A DNA stretch of 32,000 nt from the NCBI GenBank assembly GCA_019056805.1, contig DXJG01000001.1:60001-92000 (forward strand), written 5' to 3'. The notes beneath the pieces were generated by a model that was not told the origin of the DNA, ran no database searches, and worked only from the letters and a program-made list of their open reading frames with translations. Position numbers and translations under genes: made by a program. Shown piece by piece: positions 26,981 through 32,000 of the stretch. Each line of letters begins with the position of its first letter. The stretch's first letter is position 1. This DNA is from Candidatus Baldrarchaeota archaeon. Lineage in GTDB: Archaea > Asgardarchaeota > Baldrarchaeia > Baldrarchaeales > DXJG01.

Positions 26981-28190
26981 AACCATTTTCCTCACATACT
27001 TCCAATATTTGTTTCAAAAGTTTTGCAACAATATTAAGATCAAAAGGCATTTTTTCTAGTTTCTTTAATAATTTTTTATATTGGGCGTAGGTTCCAAAAA
27101 TGATAATGTTTCCTTCTTTTATATGGAAATCTATCATCTCTCTGGGAATAGCAGCATCCCCTCCACATGCTAGCATTTCTTGTTTTATAATTAATGCAGC
27201 TGGAGTACTGACATTTTCAATAAGTGTAGCAAGGTATATAGACTTCTGATTTAATGTTTCGCAAGCTTGTTTGTCAATACCTATTTTAACAAACAAATCC
27301 TGTAAATCATTGAAATAACTTGAGTTGTATAGTAATGTAACTCTTATTTTCCGTCTACTCAAACTCAAAACTTTTCTTCTAATTGCTTCAGCTATTTTCA
27401 CAACTTGCAAAGTTTCCTTAACGTCATGAGTTCTTATTAAATGAGCACCATTGTACACTGCAATAGCCGTCGCCGCTAAGCTGCCAATTAACCTTTCACT
27501 AGGATCTTCAAGATTAAGAACCTTTCCAATGAACGATTTTCTTGAAACTCCAACCAAAATAGGCCTGCAAAGAAATCTCAATCTACTCAAATTTCTAAGG
27601 ATATAAAGATCTTCAGAAACACTTTTTCCAAAACCAATACCTGGATCCACAACAATACTTTCCTCGGGGATTCCAACATCTGTAGCGATTTGTAAACTTT
27701 TTCTAAGAGCACTTCTTATTTTTGAAATACTTCCTACATCTCCAGGTTTTCTTTCAGCAGCCATAACAATAGTTGACGCATTATATTCAAAAATTGTCTG
27801 AGCCATTTTTTTATCAGCCTTTAACCCACTGACATCATTGATAATTTTTGCCCCTTCTTTCAGCGCAGCTTCTGCAACCTTTGCGCGAAAAGTATCAGCG
27901 CTTATAGGCACATCAACAATTTCACGTAGTACACGTATAGCGAAAACCATTCTCTCCCTTTCTTCTAAAGGCGAAATTTGAGGAACTCCTGGAGCAGTTG
28001 ACATTGCTCCTACATCTATTATATCAACTCCCTCTTCAACCATCTTTATCGCTTTTTTCTCAAGATCTTTTTCTGATTTTACAATAGAGCCTTTATAAAA
28101 AGATTCAGGACTAACATTAACAACTCCAACAACTACTACCCTGGAATCGTCACCCACTGGTATATTGGCAATTTTTCCTTTTATTTTCAT
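26955..28190 (-). CDS. folP: Dihydropteroate synthase with a C-terminal accessory domain of about 135 aa
   Basis: VVNVSPESF, IIDVGAMST, ISADT, INDVSG, VDPGIGFGK, GVSRKSF, RTHDV; extension contains AALIIKQEMLACGGDAAI. Confidence 0.93.
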   Translation of the reverse strand: MKIKGKIANIPVGDDSRVVVVGVVNVSPESFYKGSIVKSEKDLEKKAIKMVEEGVDIIDVGAMSTAPGVPQISPLEERERMVFAIRVLREIVDVPISADTFRAKVAEAALKEGAKIINDVSGLKADKKMAQTIFEYNASTIVMAAERKPGDVGSISKIRSALRKSLQIATDVGIPEESIVVDPGIGFGKSVSEDLYILRNLSRLRFLCRPILVGVSRKSFIGKVLNLEDPSERLIGSLAATAIAVYNGAHLIRTHDVKETLQVVKIAEAIRRKVLSLSRRKIRVTLLYNSSYFNDLQDLFVKIGIDKQACETLNQKSIYLATLIENVSTPAALIIKQEMLACGGDAAIPREMIDFHIKEGNIIIFGTYAQYKKLLKKLEKMPFDLNIVAKLLKQILEVCEENGYETYTDKN

Positions 28191-28405
28191 TCTCCCCACT
28201 TCAAAACAATAGTATAGTTTTCTTTTATGTTTATATCTATCTGTAATTAAAATACCTTAGCTTTAAATTAAAACACTTTCTTCTTCTTACATAATTAAAA
28301 TATCATAGACCGTTTTTATGAGATAATAGAACTTCTCATAGTAATGAAAACCTTAAAATGATTTGTTAATTGTAAGTGATAATAAATCTAAGTTGGTGAC
28401 ACTAA

Positions 28406-29554
28406 ATGGATCTCCATAAAACTCACTTGTATGAGTGGCATAAAAAAAGAGCAAAAATGGTAGAATTTGCTGGTTGGCATATGCCGCTTTGGTATGAAGA
28501 TACAGGTGGAATAATTAAAGAGCATTTAGCAGTTCGAAACAATGTAGGTATTTTTGATGTCACACATATGGGGCGTCTTTTAATTAAGGGGAGTGAAGCT
28601 GGAAGTTTTCTACAATATGTCACCACAAACAATGTTAGGAGACTAAAAAAACTTGGGCAAGGACAATATTCTGTTGTTTGTAATGAAGATGGTGGAATAA
28701 AAGATGATATTACAATATTTAAGATTGAAGATGACAAATATGTCGTTATAACTAATGCAGTGAACAGAGAAAAAATATATAACTGGTTTAAAAGACATGC
28801 CCAAAATTTCGATGTAAAAATTGAAGATATTTCTGATATAACTTGCATGTTCGCGGTCCAGGGTCCAAAAACTCAGTCCACGCTTGAAAAACTTACTGAT
28901 AATGATCTTAGCGATATTAAAAGATATTCATGTGCATTAATGAAGCTTGGAGGATATGATGTTATAATATCAAGGTCCGGATATACTGGTGAGGACGGGT
29001 TCGAAATAATTATGTTACAAGTCCCGTATTCAGAAAAAGAAAAAGCAACTGAACTATGGGAGAAGATCTTAGAAGCTGGTAAAGAATACGAAATTAAACC
29101 ATGTGGATTAGGCGCGAGAGACACGTTACGACTTGAAGCAGGGATGGTTCTGTACGGAAATGACATTGATGAATCGATCTCTCCATTAGAAGCTAAGCTC
29201 AATTTTGTTGTTAAGTTTAAGAAAGGAGATTTCATAGGGCGAGATGCACTATTAAAACAAAAAGAAGAAGGCGTAAAGAGAGTAAGGGTAGGATTGGAAT
29301 TAGTGGGACGCAGAGTTCCCAGACATGGTTATGAAATAAAAAAGAACGGAGAAAAGATCGGGTATGTTACAAGCGGGGCTTTTTCACCGATACTTGAAAA
29401 GGGGATAGGTCTAGGCCTCGTAAGTTCCGAGTATGCACAAATAAATGAAACAGTTCAAATTAACATTAAGGGAAAACTTATAGATGCAAAAATAGTTAAA
29501 TGGCCTTTCTACGACACGAATAAATATGGCTATACTAGAAAAGAAGACACATAA
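28406..29554 (+). CDS. gcvT: Glycine cleavage system aminomethyltransferase T
   Basis: FAGWHMPLWY, GIFDVTHMG, AVQGPK, SRSGYTGEDGFE, GLGARDTLRLEAG motifs. Confidence 0.97.
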   Translation: MDLHKTHLYEWHKKRAKMVEFAGWHMPLWYEDTGGIIKEHLAVRNNVGIFDVTHMGRLLIKGSEAGSFLQYVTTNNVRRLKKLGQGQYSVVCNEDGGIKDDITIFKIEDDKYVVITNAVNREKIYNWFKRHAQNFDVKIEDISDITCMFAVQGPKTQSTLEKLTDNDLSDIKRYSCALMKLGGYDVIISRSGYTGEDGFEIIMLQVPYSEKEKATELWEKILEAGKEYEIKPCGLGARDTLRLEAGMVLYGNDIDESISPLEAKLNFVVKFKKGDFIGRDALLKQKEEGVKRVRVGLELVGRRVPRHGYEIKKNGEKIGYVTSGAFSPILEKGIGLGLVSSEYAQINETVQINIKGKLIDAKIVKWPFYDTNKYGYTRKEDT

Positions 29555-29567
29555 AGGAGTGATGAAA

Positions 29568-29984
29568 ATGAAAGTGAATGATTATGAAGTTCCTGAAGAC
29601 CTTTATTATTCTGAAACACATGAATGGTTAAGAATAGAGAATGGAAAAGTAAGAGTTGGAATTACGGATTATGCACGTAAACAACTTGGAAATATAACCT
29701 ACGTAGGATTCGAGGTTAGTCAAGGCAGTGAAATTAAATTTAAACAAGCATTTGGAGAGATAGAGTCTGAAAAGGCTACAGAAGATCTCTATTCACCCGT
29801 CTCTGGCAAAGTAATTGAAGTTAATAGTGAACTAGAGGATATGCCTCAGATAGTAGAGGAAGATCCCTACGGAAAAGGGTGGATGATCGTTGTAGAACCT
29901 GCAAACCTAGAAGATGATCTAAAAAACCTTATGGATGCAAAAGAATACGCGGAATATCTCAGGAAAAAACTTGAAGAAGAATAA
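29568..29984 (+). CDS. gcvH: Glycine cleavage system H protein
   Basis: YSETHEW, VGITDYA, lipoyl motif EIESEKATEDLYSPVSG, DPYGKGW; ATG at 29568 follows GGAGTGA. Confidence 0.95.
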   Translation: MKVNDYEVPEDLYYSETHEWLRIENGKVRVGITDYARKQLGNITYVGFEVSQGSEIKFKQAFGEIESEKATEDLYSPVSGKVIEVNSELEDMPQIVEEDPYGKGWMIVVEPANLEDDLKNLMDAKEYAEYLRKKLEEE

Positions 29985-29985
29985 T

Positions 29986-31107
29986 CTAAACTACTTTTAC
30001 AATTTTTTCTTCGTTGTAATCTGTAATTACACGAGTATAACCCTTTAGTTCCCTATCTAGGTTCTTATCACCTGTATCAACTCTTAGGCAACTTATTGTA
30101 GAGAGCTTATATTTAGTTGCTATAACAATAATATTTTGTATACCAGCTTCCCTAATAACTCTCGGACTTATTTGCTGATTTCCCCTACCAAAAATAAATC
30201 CTTGATTTCCAATGGGCGTCACAATAATTTTAGCTTTTTTCCCTCTTATTATTTTCAGTATATCCCTTTCTCCTACGTCTCTTGCAACTATTTTTCCATT
30301 CTTTATTATATCCACACCAAGTAAAGTTTTTTCAATACCAAAAAGATCCGCAATGGCTTTAACTGTTGTTCCTGGACCTAATATATAAATAACATCTGGC
30401 TCCATGTTCTCAACAACATATTTTGCTATAGCTAATTTATTTTCTTCCTCTTCATTTGTAAGGGGACCGGCAGTTTTTACACCTTGTACAAGTTCAGGTT
30501 CATATGGAACTAAAAGATATCCCTTTAATTTTGCGGATAACATACCAGCTCTAAAAGCATCTTCATCAATATCCATAACTTCAGCTTGTCTCAAGGGTAG
30601 TCCTTCAGTTAAATATTTAATTACAACTTCTGCTGCTGCTCTTGGATTCACTGCAAATACAGCGCTGTGCATTTTCACCCCCGTAGGTACACCTATAACA
30701 GGGATGGTGGTACCAATAGCTTCGTATATATCGCAAGCAGTACCATCCCCACCGCAAAACATGATCAGCTCTACTTTCAATTTTTGCATTTCTTTTGCCG
30801 CTCGTCTAGTGTCATCCGCTGTGGTTTTTCCAGGAACTATATTCCCAATAACGACTGGTGAAAAACCTACATTTTTTGCTTCGTTTTCCCCCATGTCATG
30901 AGGGTAAGTAATCAGTTCTAAATGATCTTTTATTTGCAATAGAATTTCTAAGGTTTCCTCGGCTCTTTGAGGAGCAACAGGTTTCGCGCCAAGTTCTATG
31001 GCTTTTTTTAAAATTTCTTCTCCGTCTGTACCCTTTAAACCTACAATTCCTCCCATACCAGCTATGGGATTAACGATAAATCCCAGTTTCCAAACTTTTT
31101 TCTCCAC
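29986..31107 (-). CDS. ATP-NAD kinase-family (AcoX-like) protein
   Basis: IVNPIAGMGG, CGGDGTACD, GVKMHSAVFA, TPIGNQGFIFGRGNQQ motifs. Confidence 0.88.
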   Translation of the reverse strand: MEKKVWKLGFIVNPIAGMGGIVGLKGTDGEEILKKAIELGAKPVAPQRAEETLEILLQIKDHLELITYPHDMGENEAKNVGFSPVVIGNIVPGKTTADDTRRAAKEMQKLKVELIMFCGGDGTACDIYEAIGTTIPVIGVPTGVKMHSAVFAVNPRAAAEVVIKYLTEGLPLRQAEVMDIDEDAFRAGMLSAKLKGYLLVPYEPELVQGVKTAGPLTNEEEENKLAIAKYVVENMEPDVIYILGPGTTVKAIADLFGIEKTLLGVDIIKNGKIVARDVGERDILKIIRGKKAKIIVTPIGNQGFIFGRGNQQISPRVIREAGIQNIIVIATKYKLSTISCLRVDTGDKNLDRELKGYTRVITDYNEEKIVKVV

Positions 31108-31235
31108 AATTCGCGATCTCCAAGAGTTTTCTATAATTCATTACAGCTAAATAATTAAATCAGAAATTTTTAATAAGTGTTAAAGTAGTACAGTTTCGAT
31201 GTTCAAAATTAACATTTTCACTGGGGCCGAATGAA

Positions 31236-32000
31236 ATGACTGAAAAAGTGAAGAAGTTCGGAAGTTTATTAAAATCGTTAATTACTATACCCAGAGCAAA
31301 AGTTAGAAAGGATAAAGTAATTTTATATCTCTCACTTACATTAATATTCTTCTTTGCTCTACTAATAAGAATTTATCCGTACTTTTCTTATGGTGTTGTA
31401 CTTAAGGCATTTGACCCGTGGTTTCAACTAAAATCAACTTTGTATATAATAAGTCACGGCTTTTCCGCTTGGCTTAACTGGGTCGAAAAACCTCCAGATA
31501 TATCTACATGGTACCCCTATGGCCGAAATATGCCTAAAACATCTTTCCCAGGAATACCATGGACAGCAGCAACTCTGTATTTCATACTTAAATTCTTAGG
31601 AGTAGAAATAGATCCAGTAACACTTTGCTATTTCTTCCCAGCTATCATGGGAGCGCTGGCATCAATTGCGATGTACTTTTTCGCCAAAGAATTAACAGAT
31701 AGTATAAAAACGGGTCTACTTTCAGCATTCTTTCTTGCTTTTATCCCGGGATACGTTCAACGTACAACTGCAGGATTCTTTGACAATGAAGCGATAGGCA
31801 TTTTACTCATAATATTATCACTTTACTTCTTTGTAAGATCCCTAAAAAGAGAATCCGTATTATCAGGAATTATGGCAGGGCTATTTCTAGGATATCTCTC
31901 AGCCAGCTGGGGTGCTTATTTATACGCGTTTGATTTACTAGCAGTCTACGCATTACTTCTTCTTATTTCACGTAGATATTCTAGATCGCTACTTCTATCC
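31236..32000 (+). CDS. aglB: Oligosaccharyltransferase catalytic subunit STT3/AglB, truncated by window edge
   Basis: Not in ORF track. Manual translation from ATG 31236 gives ...LKAFDPWFQ...WYPYGR...RTTAGFFDNEAIG...SWGAY, the STT3 FDP, WYP and DNE motifs with multiple TM helices. Confidence 0.95.
   Translation, partial: MTEKVKKFGSLLKSLITIPRAKVRKDKVILYLSLTLIFFFALLIRIYPYFSYGVVLKAFDPWFQLKSTLYIISHGFSAWLNWVEKPPDISTWYPYGRNMPKTSFPGIPWTAATLYFILKFLGVEIDPVTLCYFFPAIMGALASIAMYFFAKELTDSIKTGLLSAFFLAFIPGYVQRTTAGFFDNEAIGILLIILSLYFFVRSLKRESVLSGIMAGLFLGYLSASWGAYLYAFDLLAVYALLLLISRRYSRSLLLS

Noticed and set aside
393-30901. Many 60-165 aa ORFs antisense to or nested in real genes (e.g. 393-635, 5414-5728, 8973-9350, 10692-11072, 26652-27059, 28423-28848, 30404-30901)
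   Set aside because: Shadow frames of well-supported genes, with no recognisable motifs.
1-32000. CRISPR arrays, IS elements, rRNA genes
   Set aside because: No regularly spaced repeats, transposase motifs, terminal inverted repeats or rRNA-like sequence seen.

Overview
AT-rich archaeal chromosomal window of mostly core genes. The mix of Cdc6/Orc1, a PolD small-subunit homolog, Hef, RadA, RadB, STT3/AglB, a DC2/OSTC-like protein and a PAC4-like protein points to an Asgard-like or Bathyarchaeia-like lineage; taxonomy cannot be fixed from this window. Left end: two winged-helix genes, an intergenic region with a canonical ORB and T-rich tract (probable oriC), cdc6, and a DP1 homolog with a degenerate exonuclease site. 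Next come a DUF429 gene, a PhoU regulator and two tRNA genes (Ser-CGA, Leu-CAG), each apparently carrying three BHB-type introns. Between the tRNAs lies a MoxR AAA+/VWA pair. Its VWA frame has no start codon for 105 codons and is joined to moxR by an A-AAT-TTT slippery heptamer plus hairpin, a candidate programmed -1 frameshift and the top finding. The rest holds a GC-richer DUF362 islet, FAU-1, UPF0147, a zinc-ribbon protein, Hef, a PUA/PAPS-reductase/ferredoxin protein, an HD hydrolase, the modified mevalonate cluster (AcnX large/small, UbiD, UbiX), carS, cofE, folP with an extra C-terminal domain, gcvT/gcvH, an NAD-kinase-like gene and partial aglB. All family calls come from motif recognition by eye, not database searches.
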